This document shows positions 39,179 to 53,000 of a stretch of 64,000 bases of DNA, one piece after another (within the stretch, counting starts at the first letter, position 1; the number at the start of each line of letters is the position of its first letter). The position numbers and the translations under genes are program-made. The stretch covers positions 1-64,000 of the forward strand of contig NW_026851882.1 in NCBI RefSeq assembly GCF_026571515.1, in the 5' to 3' direction. This stretch comes from Ruditapes philippinarum. Taxonomy: Eukaryota. The notes under the pieces are model-generated. The model ran no database searches. It saw only the letters and a list, made by a program, of their open reading frames with translations, and was not told where the DNA came from.

Positions 39179-42100
39179 ATGATGATGAGAGGAAAACTTT
39201 TGTTATACAAGGCATTACGATTCAGTGGAGTGCGGCTGTATTCTTCAAAGTCCAGGCCAGCAATAAGAGGCAGAACTCCTTGTTCAAATCATGCTTGCTG
39301 TAGCAATATTTTAAGGGAAAATTACTGTAGCAATATATTAAGAGAAGATGACAGCATTTTAAAGGTTAGTTTTATTTTCTAACATTTGTACTTGATATAG
39401 ATACGGGTATGTGAAAAGATTGAATGCCAGAAGCAAAAAGATAATTGTTTATTATGCTGCAACTACTTTCTGTTTATTGTTAGACTGACCCTAACTAAAA
39501 TGTAATGATACATAAATGTGTACATGTAGTTATTTTCTTAATCCACAGATTTGCAATTCCAACATTATTTTCACATTTCAGTGTTACTGGATATAGTCAT
39601 ATACACAGTAAAGTATTAAAACAGTGTTTAATTTAAACAGATAGAAAAATCATTAATACAAAAATCTAAAATATTTCACTGTTACTGTGTTATATTTACT
39701 TTTGTACAAAAATGAAAATCACTGTAACTTAGTGTAAGTTGTAACTGTACTTATTATAATTATATAAAAATAAACAAAGAAAGGCAAACAAAGTTTGCTT
39801 AAGCTCAATTGCCAATAAAACTAAGTTATCAAATCAGTATTTTTTTCTGAAATTGTAACAGGACAATAACTTTAGAAAGTGTTTGAGAAAATAAAAATAA
39901 TAGCATTATTGGAGCAAATTGGGCCTTTAAACTTTCTGCACATAAAAAGCATATCATCTGTACCAATTTTTTTTTTCAGAGAGATTACTCAACCCCCAAA
40001 AAAGAAGAATTCATCAAAAATGTTGGATTTTTTACCAGATTTAAAGAAAATTTAGGATTTAAAGGCACATTGAGATATTATCCAATGGTAAAAACTTGTT
40101 TATTAATTCTTTATTTGTTTCTTATATTCATTGAGATAGTAGAGCCTTAATGGCAGATTTTAAAAAGTTGCTGAATAAGGCTTATTTGCCTCACACTCTG
40201 AGTTCTTTCATGCGAGGAAACTATCACGGTAGTTTACAGGAAGGCATTTAGCATACTCAGAGGACTAAGTTACAACTTGTGACTTAAGTAATGTAGGGTG
40301 TGGCACCTGATATCTTCTTCACCAATAACACAGGGAAGTCTCTGGATGACCTGTACAGTGTAACTGTCTGTATTACATGAAACCAAATAAAACAAAAAAC
40401 AAAAAATAGATTTACTTGTATTAGGTTAAAATATAAACAATTGTTATAAAATTGATTAGGCAGCAAACTTAGCAGAGGAATGGCATACTGTGCTTGTTTT
40501 CAACTTGGTACTAGTTGTTGGTGTGACTTCAAATTGAACAAACAAACTTTAAATCATTCAGTTGCTTAATTATTCTTATTTTACACAATATGACATTGTT
40601 TCCAGATATTTACCTTACAGGGTATGTCAGTCAAGCTATCACAAGTGTAGTACATGTAAGACAAGGCACTCATGAAATTATAGTTGTGTAATGTACATTA
40701 TATTATCATAATTAGCGACTTGTTATTGTACAGAATGGTGTGAGATATATATAAATATACAAATCATTGGAACACTACCCTTTCTCTGGAAACAGAATGG
40801 TTTGTGAATTTTTTCATGGTTTGATTATCTGATATATTGAAGCAACCACTGTATTCAGAAATCAAATGCTGTATATTTTAACTTACATGTAGTCCCCCAA
40901 CCCAAACGCTTTATACACACATACATTTGTATTTTCAATGTACATTTGTATTTGTATTTTTCTCACAGGTTTCTAGAGTTTTGTATATAATACACATTTT
41001 ATTAAGAGGGTATGGAATTCAAGAAAAACAGTGCTTTTGCTTAAGTGTAAAATACTAGTTTGAAAAGTGAGAAAATCATAAAGCATAATTACAAATGTAC
41101 ATGTATTATTTATTTGTAGACATTAAAGTATAGTGGTTTTCGACTGTATCTATCAGCAGCTGAAGCATCACGATATAACAATATCTATGATTGTAAGTAA
41201 CACTGTTCCATACATCTCTATTCTGTCACATCAGACTGGAAAATGTCATCATACAACTTGTATAAGGTGGCGTCAGTCTGACATCGTTAATGAATATTAA
41301 AGTTGTGTGCTTACATATATTAATAAGTCACAGCTGCTTAGAATGATGTTAAAAAAAAAATCTGGAAACAAAGTGATCCCTCGGAAGCATTAATCACAAC
41401 AAAATTACAAGAGGACTGCAGACCGGTTTGATTGAGTCTGTACATGAGGGATAATGATAATAGCTGCTTAGAATGATGTTAAGTCATATTTTAATAGGCT
41501 ATATTACATGTATAAGAAAAAAATGCTAATGAAATATTAGCATTATTTTTTGTTAAATCATTTTGAAAAATGATTTATGTGTGACATAAGTGAAAAAGAA
41601 TAAAACACAGAAGAAAATATCTGACATATTAGATCTATAAGATTTTTAAAATTAAGAAATTGATTAAAATCTTTATTATTTTTTTCATTTATAAAATCAA
41701 TCAAATCAGGATGACAATACTTGACTGTAAAAAAGATAAATACTTGTAAGGTGTCAGAAATTTATTATTATTAATTTTACTATTAAGTTAATAGATCATG
41801 GTTAGAAATCTATTTAAATCTATTTCACTTATACATTGTACATAAACATGCCTCCCATCCACCCTACTCCTTTAAAAAAGAGGATGGAAATTTTGGTCAT
41901 GTTCAGATTACTGAAGTGGCAAATAACTTCTTATAAAAGAATGAGAACTATTAACATTGTATGTTTCTATTTTTGATAGATATAGATCTTCCTGATACGA
42001 TGGCATCCTGGCATAAATTGACATGTCTGCATGTTTGGTAAACTTCATATTTTATTATAAATATTCTGCTAATTATTAGTTTTTGAATTTTATCATTCAG

Positions 42101-45100
42101 GGCTTCTGTGGCTGAGTATTCATAGTTGTCAACCTCAAACCACATGCCCCTGAATGTTGTGAGTTAGAATCCCATCAGGGACTTTGGACTTTTTCATGTG
42201 AGAAAGCTACATGTATCCAGCAAGATCAGTGGTCCTACTCAAGTGCCCACTTTTACCTGAAATTATGTAAATTATGTAAAAAAGGCACCCAAGGTCTTCA
42301 TCTATCAGTAAAGCTGGAAAGTCATCATAACCATGGCCGTAACAATATTGATGTGAATTTAAATTGAACAAACGAACCTTTTAGGGTAGTTGAAGATTTA
42401 TGTAGAATAATTATACATGTACATATTAGCAGTGACTAGTGAATATTTTATCTAGGAACATTTTATCCTGTTTTCTAATTTCAAGGTACAAAATTACAAT
42501 ATTCATTTCTGTTATGTTAAACTTTTTGTTTGATTGTTTCTAAAATTAAATGACAAAGTAAGCACATATAAACAACATGAAAGTGATTTTTAGCTCACCT
42601 GTCACAAAGTGACATGGTAAGTTTTTGTGATCACTTTTCGTCCGTCATCCGTCCGTAAACTTTTACTTTAAATGACATCTCCTCATAAACTCCTAAGTCA
42701 ACTTCATCCAAACTTCACAGGAATGTTCCTTTGGTAGTCAACTTTAACAATTGTTCAAAGAATTTAATTACAAGCAGAACTCTGGTTGCCATGGCAACCA
42801 AAAGGAAAAACTTAAAATATCTTGAAAACCAAAAGAATAAGAGCTTAAATATTTGGCATGAAGCATCATCTAGTCAGTGTCTACCAAGTTTGTACATATA
42901 AATGCACTGAGGTTAAAATTAGCCCCTTCCCGGGGGTCATTGATTTTCCTTATTTGTATAAAGTAAAAACTTAAAATATCTTCTCTTAAAAACCCCAAAG
43001 AGCTAGAGCTAAGATATTTAGCATGAAACATCTTCTAATAAGTGTCTACCAAGTTCAAAAAAGGGCCCTGGGGTTAAAATTGGCCCCGCCCCAGGGGTCA
43101 TTGATTTTCCTTATATGTGTATACACATGTAGTAAAGTCTTAAAAAATCTTCTTATAAAACACCTAAATGGCTAGAGTTTAGATACTAAGCATGAAATAT
43201 CTTCTAGTGAGTGTCTACCAAGTTTGTTCAAATAAGTGCGCTGGGGTCAAAATTGGCCCCTCCCAAGGGGGGGGGGTCGTTTTTTCCTCTATATGTTTAT
43301 AGTAAAAACTTTTAAAATCTTCTTATAAAAACCCCAAAGAGCTAGAGCTTAGATATTTATCATGAAACATCTTCTAATGGTTGACTACCAAGTTTGTTCA
43401 AATATAAGCCCCTGGTTTAAAATTGGCCTTGGCCCAGGGGCCTATAAGCAAATGCGATTTCAGGGCCATTATGGCCCTCTTGTTTAAGATTGGGCTTTTG
43501 TTGTTGAGTGATTTAGGTTTTCAAATCACTTGCCTCTCACAGCTTTAAGTTTGAATCCAGTTAGGGACATTTTGGTTACATTTGTATAAGAAAGCTATTC
43601 AGCTAGCATACATGTAGACAGTCAGTGGTTCTTTACAGTTGCTTTCTTGTGAGGTATTTGGATTCTTTCATGTGAGGAAACATCTCCAGCTAGCATATAT
43701 AATGTCTGTGGTTTAACTCAGGTGCCCATTCATGTCTGGAATAATGCACAGAGGGGCACCTGAGGTCTTCCTCCACCAGTAACACTATTACCTATACAGC
43801 TTTGATGAGACATAAAAATAAACCAAAAAATTGTCTGGCTCCACAAGTAAAGCTGGAAATTGCATTAATTAGAATGTAAGCATAACTTTAAATACAACAA
43901 AGAAGTACATGCATGGGAAAGATGTTTCATTTATCATACCTCAACATAGCAGGTTACATTTTGTACTGGCCAATAAGGAAAGTCCGGTGATAAATCTTTA
44001 AACATATGATGATATTATTGTACTAGGTTGATAATGGTACGGGTATCAACAGAAGGACGTGAGGGTAGAATTTTACGTGATCAAGTCATAGAAAATCTCA
44101 TTACAGATACTAAAGCTAAGGCTAGGATGCTAGGGGTAAGCATGTTTTATTTTTACTACCATCTATTTTCATTATAAGTCAAATGTTTATATGTAATGAT
44201 TTTGTATTGGGCAGTTTTTTTTTAAGAAAATTTCTCTTCTAGTAAATGAAGTGTATGTTTTTTCTCCCTGAAAGTTTTGGATGGAATGTATTGTTGCGAT
44301 CCTTTGACAGTTTGACCTTAATGCTTACTTGTCTGTATCTTTATTCTACAGTCACACGTAACTGTAGATTACTTACACCGAGATCAATTGTGGTAATTTC
44401 ACCTTGCCCTAGCATTGAACCAGTGACCCCTGGATTTAAAATCTGATACTCTCCAATCTGAGCTATAAATGGTTAATCTCTGGACACTTGGTACTAATAA
44501 CATGGCAATGCCAGCACTACAGAGCTATGCAAGTGTATATTTATACACCAACCTGCTAAGCTCAAGCAGGAAAGCATCAGGGTTAGATGCAGGGGTTGTT
44601 GGTTTGATCCTTTGACATGGTGTAATTTCGCAATGACAAATTGATTTAGGATATTAAGTTTAAATGGTCATATTCTTTCATGACTGATGCAAGTTTCAAA
44701 AAGGATTTGTAGTCAGTCACTTGCTGTTCACTGTTCTAAATTCAAAACAGCAATTTTATTTTACAGCTTAGCTAATGGTCAATTATATGTTGATATATTA
44801 ATGTTTGCAGAAAGAATTAGATATCAGAGTACAAGCTGGTGACCTAGATTTATTACATACAGAATTCTTGGCAGCATTAGGAAACTATGATGAGGTAGGT
44901 AAAAGCCTGGTAATCTATTAAAAAAGCCTGTGAATCTATTAAAACCAATTTATTTTAGTTCGATTGTGTTGGGAGCTATAAGTTTATTGAAACACTCTCG
45001 ATCTGTTCCTTGAACCAACTGGTACTAAGCAATGAGTGTAAAGTTTCTTGCTACAGATACAACAGCTGACAGGCTTTGAACTCACGCAGCCAGCAATACT

Positions 45101-46611
45101 ATCCACTCGGCCTCACTGCAACACTATCTTACACTGTCTATTAGTAAAGATGAAAGTAACTGTTTAATGCTCAGATGATTTACCAAAGTGTTGAGGTTGC
45201 TATGCTAAGGTTTCAATTGTGTCAAAGACTGGTTTCTCTAATGCTTGAAAGCTATTTGCTCGATTGTACGGAAAATTATCCAAAAATAGGCATGTGATGT
45301 CTTCCTCCACTGGGAAAGATTGTGAGTCAATCAAACAAACACTTATTTATTTACATTAAATCTTATAAGATATGGAAAAAAACATTCTGTATATCACAGA
45401 ACATATATCATCTTTAATGTTACAATTGACAGGGCTTGTTGTTAGATGACAAAGTTTTAGCTGCATCCCTCTGGAGATCATTATTCACTTTTAGACAAGA
45501 TATAGACCCCAGACACCTTGAGATTATGGTACAATATGTACGGAAACAGGTTTAGTATTTTGTTTTCTTCGGGCCCTTGTGATTACAGTGTTTAGCTTTT
45601 ACCACATTGTGCTCAGGTGAGGTATTGTGATATGTGACAAGTTGTGTCTCAAACAATTACCTTCAGCCCTTAAATTAAAAGAAAAATCCAATAAATCATA
45701 CCTTTCTGACTATTTACATTCTAAACATGAACGGCATGAACTGAAGTTGCCTTTATACATAACTGTCTGTAAATAACAATAAAGCCATTTTAGCTGCACT
45801 ATCCAAAGAATAGTCACACTTTGGTTAAGTTTTTGCTTGCAAGTTGGTATCTCCATAACAACTGAAAGGAATGGGTCGAAACTTTCCAAACTTGTTTTTT
45901 ATGACTATCTTATAGCTCAAATCCCATAACTCAGAGTTTCTTTTTAAGAATGTTATGCGCTTTTTTAACTGTCATGTACTGAGCACACTATCTAACAGAC
46001 AGCTCATGTTTGACATCTTTTGCAAAAGTAACATGAAGCACCAAAAATATGTTAGACATCAAGGTTGTATACACATTACTACACATATAATGCTAACTTT
46101 TAGACCTCAATGGTAGAGTGGACACAGCTGCTGACTTTCAGTCACATTCCCGACATGCTAATGGTTTGAATCCTACCACAAACATTTAATACTTTCATGT
46201 GATGAAGCAAACCAGATTATAGACCATTCTTTGCTCTACTCAGGTGCTTGCTTTTGCCTGTAATAATGCATGGAGGCGCATTAAGGAATTCATCCATCAG
46301 GGAAGTTTGCACATTGCCACATGGTGTTTATAATGTCTATGTGACTTGAAAAATTAAAACAAAACAAAACCTTAAATTATGCTAGAAACTTTTTATCTAA
46401 AAGATTTTCATATACAATCCATGTACTTATTTCGTTTTTTTGCTTTGTTGATCAGGTGCAGTTTTTACAGAAGATGCAAAGCAAATTTATATTAGCAAAT
46501 GGACTAATTCCTTTCCTGCCTATAGAAGGAGACATAGTGCCTCAATCAACAAAAGACAGACTGAAATCTCTTAGTGAAGCTAAATTACAACATTATACAA
46601 CCAGAGGTTAA
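39179..46611 (+). CDS. UQCC1: Ubiquinol-cytochrome c reductase complex assembly factor 1 (Cbp3 family), 296 aa; exons 39179-39364, 39980-40087, 41120-41192, 41980-42037, 44027-44135, 44811-44894, 45433-45549, 46456-46611
   Basis: Eight GT-AG exons in phase (891 nt) with an Arg-rich mitochondrial-presequence-like N-terminus. Motifs LPDTMASWHKLTCLHVWLIMVR, YDEGLLLDDKVLAASLWR and MVQYVRKQVQFL. Confidence 0.93.
42587..43485 (+). mobile_element. HINE (GCTCACCTG family) in a UQCC1 intron
   Basis: tttttagctcacctg start, (GTCC) microsatellite, about 4 degenerate ~165-bp units, and end hairpin agggccattatggccct-cttgtt. Confidence 0.8.
43490..43870 (+). mobile_element. Degenerate tRNA-derived SINE copies (further copies near 40150-40370, 42110-42375 and 46100-46370)
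   Basis: They share tcatgtgaggaa.c.atc.agctagc and ggcacctgaggtcttcctccaccagtaa with the SINE at 63217. Confidence 0.7.
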
Positions 46612-48179
46612 ATTTTTCATGCTGATGATCTCACTTCACACTTTGTTTTTCTACAGTTGAAGGTTCAGTATTACGTCCTGAGAATTGACTGGTTGTTGTT
46701 TTGAACAAAATCAAGTTTACGAGGTAGATGCTATTTATATATAGATAAGAGTATTACTCAGAAAGAGTTATCAATTTTGATATTGTTAAAACAGCTTGGT
46801 ATATTGTAAAACATGAAATCTTTAATATCATGATCATTGTAAATGAGCAATTGAAAAGGAAAAAAATATCTCCAAAAAATCATGTAATCCAGATATAACA
46901 TTCTCATCCTCTATGATGGCACATGTAATTTAATGAACATTTGACTAAATCTACATTAAATGTTTGAGAATGAAAGTTGGGACACAGTCAAATTTTGAAG
47001 AGGAAGTGGCACCGACTAAGATGAATTTGACACAGTCTATAATTTTGATAAGTTTATGGATAGACTTTTGTTGAAGGTTAGATAGAAACAAAGTGTAGTG
47101 TAGTAAGTACCAGAGAAATATTGAAATACTTTTAAATGAAACCCCCTAATCTGTGATAAACATTTGCCACTTGATTTGAGCCGAGCCAGACCTAACCCTC
47201 ATACAGTCGGACAGGCTCTATATTATTGGATGATCTTGAGTTTCCATCTTGATATCCCAAAATTAATAACCAACAGTTGAGGCATCACTGTCCTTCATTC
47301 AGGTACATGATTCTTTATTTGAAATATCTTTGAAACAAAGAATGGTTTTAATTTGTTAATTTAAATATATATAAAGTGGTCATTAGAAAGCACAAAAGGG
47401 GAAGTTTCATTGTTTGTCAATTTTGTTTAACATAAGTTATTTTCCCTTTTTAGTATAAAAAAATGGCCTGAAATTAAAAATTACTTTAAAAATTTTATAA
47501 ACAAGTACAAGTATAAATCTTTTAGCAAGTTAACAACTACAACTCTTACTTGTGCTTTGATTTAGTAAAGCCGCTTTATTAATTTCACTGTTTTTATTGT
47601 TTGTTTTGTTTTACCAATTTTTCACAATCATTGTTAAATATTTATTTTTCAAACCTGACTCAACTAGTCAAAATATTTGGACAGAGATTATTTCATTTCA
47701 TATTTCTTTTTTTTTTTTACCTAAATGTAAATGGACAAATGAATTGCATCCAGTGATAGATCAAGGTTTATCTGTGAAAAGAAATTGTAACAGTTGTTGT
47801 CAAGAAACAAGCAAATGACTTGATATCAAACTTGATATATTGTCCTCTCATATTCACGCAAAATATTCAGTTTATTTGTAGGCATTATTTGGAGACTTAT
47901 TTACTGACTGTCTTGAACTACCTCTTTCTTTTATCAATTTTCAGAAATTGTAAATTACTGTTATAATCAATTTTTTGAAAATTGAATCACTTATAGGATC
48001 AGTAAAAGCAATTAACATAGGAAAGCAAATCACAGTATCAGATTTTGAGAAAAGCTAAAAACACCATGAACACACAAGTTTTTGGTATATGCATCAGTGT
48101 ATGAGAAAAGTTAAAGAAGAAGGGAAGAGATTGATTGTGTGTTCAATTCCAAATATGAGGAGTATTATATTGTATAAAT

Positions 48180-48414
48180 GAGCCGCGTCATGACAAAACC
48201 AACATAATGGGTTTGCGACCAGCATGGATCCAGACCAGCCTGCACATCCGTGCAATCTGATCAGGATCCATGCTGTTCGCTATCAGTTTCTCTACTTGTT
48301 ATAGGGTTTGTAAGCAAACAGCATGGATCATGATCAGACTGCGCGGAGGCGCAGGCTGGTCTGGATCCATGCTGGTAGCAAACGCATTATGTTGGTTTTG
48401 TCGTGATGCAGCTC
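48180..48414. mobile_element. Palindromic MITE, possibly Sola-type, copy 1
   Basis: GAG...CTC termini, long TIRs (gacaaaaccaacataatg..tttgcgaccagcatggatccagaccagcctgc) and an AAAT duplication on both flanks. Confidence 0.8.
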
Positions 48415-50005
48415 AAATATTCATTGATGAAATATTTTGTTTATATATTTATTGCACGGAATAATTATTTTTCCATGCTTGCATTTATCAATGAGCAGTT
48501 TTCAATAAAAAAAATATGGCAAAAAGTAATGTTTGTTTAGTCTTTTTTAAGGAATTTAATTTGGAAAAATACCATAAACGAGTTTGTTTTTGGTGGATTG
48601 TAAGTCAAACCAACAGTGTACCGTATTTATGACTCTAAGGCAGTGATTTGATCTCCTATTTTGAAGACAAAAATGTTTCCTTGTCTTATAAACAGATCAT
48701 AGATGTTGACTACGATTTTTCTGACAACTTTTTAAAACAACTATGTCTCTTTACTATAGAAGAAAAATTAACGTAACAAGATTTAGATCGTCATGAGAAA
48801 TGGAAAGGCAGAAAGCAAAGATGACACAAAAAGATTCACTGCCGCAACACAAATTTTTATTTTGTAAAATTATAGCATATACAAACAAAGTGTTTTCACA
48901 TAAAACATCATCATAAATTGCTGAAATTATAAAAAAAATCATGGGATAACATAATAACATCTAATGGACCGGGATACAAGAAATTAAATGCACATAGTCC
49001 TAACAGACAATATGTACTTTGGAATCTTAAAAGATGATACAGAAAGAAATGTTGCAAATGAAAGACAGGTATAAATCATGTAAGAAAACTTCATAACTGT
49101 GAACAGCTAGTGTATTTACCACAACATATAACCATTTATACCATAAATGGACTTGACCTCCTAAAATTTGGGAATAGTCTAAACTCCATTGCTAAAATCT
49201 GTGATTTTGATAAAATACAAACAAGAGGTCCAGTAAACTATGACAAGGAGAAGAGTTTTAATCTATGCTTTTGACCTTTACTTACTTTTAAGACAATCCA
49301 GATTTTCATTTGTTCAAATATGATTAATTTAACAATATCATGCAAGTTTCCCCCAGACTTACGGTCTTATACCTGGTTATGGTTTCTTGAAAATTAAACA
49401 GATAACCCCAGATGACCTACATGTATACTGGAATTGAGTCATCACCCAAAATTGTCACAAGATGTCAGGAAGACAAATTTCTTACAAAGACATTCTTCGC
49501 AAGTTTTATAGGACATAAAGAAACATGTCAACAAGATATTAATATGATTATATTAACTAATTTTTACCTAAGAAGAGCAAATAAAACATTCTGACAAAGT
49601 TTGATGACGATCCAGTCAAGAAATTTAACTTCACTGAATTGCAGACCACTAACAACTGACCAATGCTAGAATCTTGCCTTTGAGCTGTATATGTGCAGAT
49701 GACCTTGAACTGTAGCCAATAAAACAGATGCTTAGACAACAGCATGTGCAAGCAGGCTAGCCTCGGTACCAGTAAACAAAGGGGAATTATTGCTACAATC
49801 ATATGAAAAAAATCACAAAAAAACTAACCTAATGATAAGTATGTTTGATGGAAAATGCCCATATAGTACTGTAAACTAAGGCCTTCTAATACAAAAGCAA
49901 TTAAGTATGATATTTTTGTAAGCTTTGTTTAACACACCAGACTTTGTGTTCTCAAAAAATGTTCCAACAAATTGTACACAAAAACACAATAAAACTGGAA
50001 TTCTT

Positions 50006-53000
50006 TTAGGTTTCTTGGAATGATTTTACAGGTAATGGCTTGCACTCTCCATAAACTTTAACAAGATCTTCTTCCATTTTTTTCTTTTCCTCTTCTGTAG
50101 CAAAGCTTGATCTTACTGAGTTAAATATCTGGGAAAGTAAAGAAACAAGTTTACTTGTTATGGCCATTAACAAATCACTCTAGAATTTTACAGTTAAAAT
50201 ACTGAAAGTAATCTTGTTAGAATTGTATACTATTAAAATCTAACATGGTTTGATTAGTTTGTTGGCCTCCAACTTAATTTGTCAAAATTATGGCCAGAAT
50301 GAACTGTGCTGTGACAAAAAATGCGAAGAGACCATTGAATGAGTTTGAGGAATCAAAATCCATTTTGGATCAACTGTAAAATGCCCATATTTTGGAAAAA
50401 TAGTAATTTTTTTCTAAAATTTCATAAACATGCCATTTGAAGTACAATTTAATCAAGATATTATTTAATATTTCATCTATGAGGATAACAGTGGAAAATA
50501 TTTGAGTTCTTAAATTTAATCCTCATCTTGATCCTGACCCTTAAATCTTTGTGAACACTCTGGTGAGCACAATATTGTTTTATTCAATGAATTCAGCATT
50601 GAACCTCTCAAATATATAATTCTATTTCACACTGTCATTGATATTCCTTTATTACATTAACTTATTGGATGAGATTTTGTCATATACGTACCTTTACATG
50701 TCTTTGTTTACTTGTAGGAATCTTGATATTTCGATTTCGAGTTAAGGTTTCTGTATACAAGTGATATCTTAAATGCATTGCATATTGTGATGTTGGATAA
50801 ATGAAAATATTTCACCAATGTTCATTGTTATATATAATGTATCTGCTTTTTTGCTTGTTATTTGATTTGTATTTGATTTGTATATATGTTCATGCCATTC
50901 AATTTTGGAGGAAATAAAAGTATCTATCTATCTATCTATCTACCCCTGCCTTGTATTTCACAACTTACACCCCTTATGCACCCCTGCCTTGTACTTCACA
51001 AATTAAATCTCTAATGCTCCTACCTTGTTTTTCATAATTATGACCTTATGTTTCCTCTGTCTTGTATTTCACAACTAACACCCCTTATGCTCCCCTGCCT
51101 TGTACTTCACAAAATAAATCTCTTATGCTCACCCTACCTTATATTTCCCAAAAGATGACCCTAATGCTCCTCCTGGCTTGTACTTTACAATCAATTACTT
51201 TTATGCTCTCTCAGTGTCATTTTGATGGTCAAAGTAAGATTAAAAAAGAACAGTTACCCCTCGAATGATGTCATCATCTGTGAGTCCCATATCTTGAGCA
51301 AATTTATAATCATCTGTCAATGTATTCCCTAGTACTACTGGATCATCTGTGTTGATACCGTAGTTAATACCATCTTTCACAAACCTATCAAAACATGAAA
51401 GTAAATGTAATATAAATATACAAAAAGAATCACAAAATCTAATTAATTTCAAAGACATAATTGAGCCGTGTCACGACAAAACCAACATAATGGGTTTGCG
51501 ACCAGCATGGATCCAGACCAGCCTGCCCATCGGCGCAGTCTGATCAGGATCCATGCTGTTCGCTATCAGTTTCTCTTCTTGTTAAAGGGTTTGTAAGCGA
51601 ACAGCATGGATCCTGATCAGACTGCGCAGGCTGGTCTGGATCCATGCTGGTCGCAAACATACTATGTTGGTTTTGTCGTGACGCGGCTCATATACTTGAA
51701 TCATCATGCCATGTCAGTTGGATTTAATGGCACATCCACATACATTGGTCAGCTATTTTGATGAAGGAAGACCTTTTCATGAAAAATTTTCCACTGGTTT
51801 GGAGAAATGTTTTAAACAAGAAGGAAGATGTTTGAGGCTTAACGTTTGTATTTTATTATTGAAATCCCTTAAACTTTTAATGAACTGTCCTAAATTCAAA
51901 GTAGATCAAATTAATTTAGTTAAAGTCACAAAGATACATAAAAGATCAAATAGGGAGTTTCCAGACTAAATAAATTATATCAGACTTTGGAAAAACTTCA
52001 ATATTTTGTTAGTTTTGAGTACTGCATGATGATGTAACATCATTTTAACTTACTGTCTAAGGGGATGTTTTTGAATATCTTTATCACAAGCTTTAGTCAT
52101 AATGCTGGATATAGGACAAGTCTCTAGATGAATCTGATTTTGTAATATAACATTGTATACGTCTGGGTGACCTATAGAACCATATCCATGCCCGATTCTT
52201 TCTGCACACATGTCCTCTAATGCCTGAAATAAAACGCTTATATTTTAGCACATAAATATGGAGTTGATTTTTGTCAGTGTCATATTAAGACAGTGGTTTA
52301 TTATTGGAGACTGATTTATGAGTGTAGGGATAATATGTCCCATGTGATTTATGGCCAACATATCAACATAGAGTTTTAGGGTTTATATTTGCGTGTGATT
52401 TAATGTCAGCACACAATTTTTTTAAATTTGTATGTAAGTCTGCTAGTACATAAAAATTCGAGTTTTATGTGTAGGGACCAGATCACAAAAGTGTTAAATT
52501 GTGATCAAACAATGGCTTAATGTCAGAATAATCATGGTTTAACATATACATGTACATGTATTTAGAACTTTGCTCAGGCATATATGCCGTTATCATTTAT
52601 ATGATAATAATTGGACAATTAAAATGAAGTACATGACTGTACAAAGGGCACAGATTTTCATTGAACAGAAGCATATTTCACAAGAGAATAGCATCTAGTT
52701 TTCTCATTTGACAAAGAGATGAAAAATAGCCAATAATATACCTGCTTTACATTAGCAAAAGTTAGGAATCAGACACAAAGAACTTGCTTTGGAGCACAAG
52801 ATTGAGTCAAGAGTCACTAACATTTTAACAGGTGTTTCACAACATAAGGAGACATTTAAGTATCTTCAACACAGCAAAAAATATATTTTAACATAGATAC
52901 AGTACCCAAAAGTACTCAAGATTATGTTTATTCAATAAAATTTTTATTAGACAGCCTTATGTACAAGAACAATAATATATCTTCGATTACCTCCTGAACA

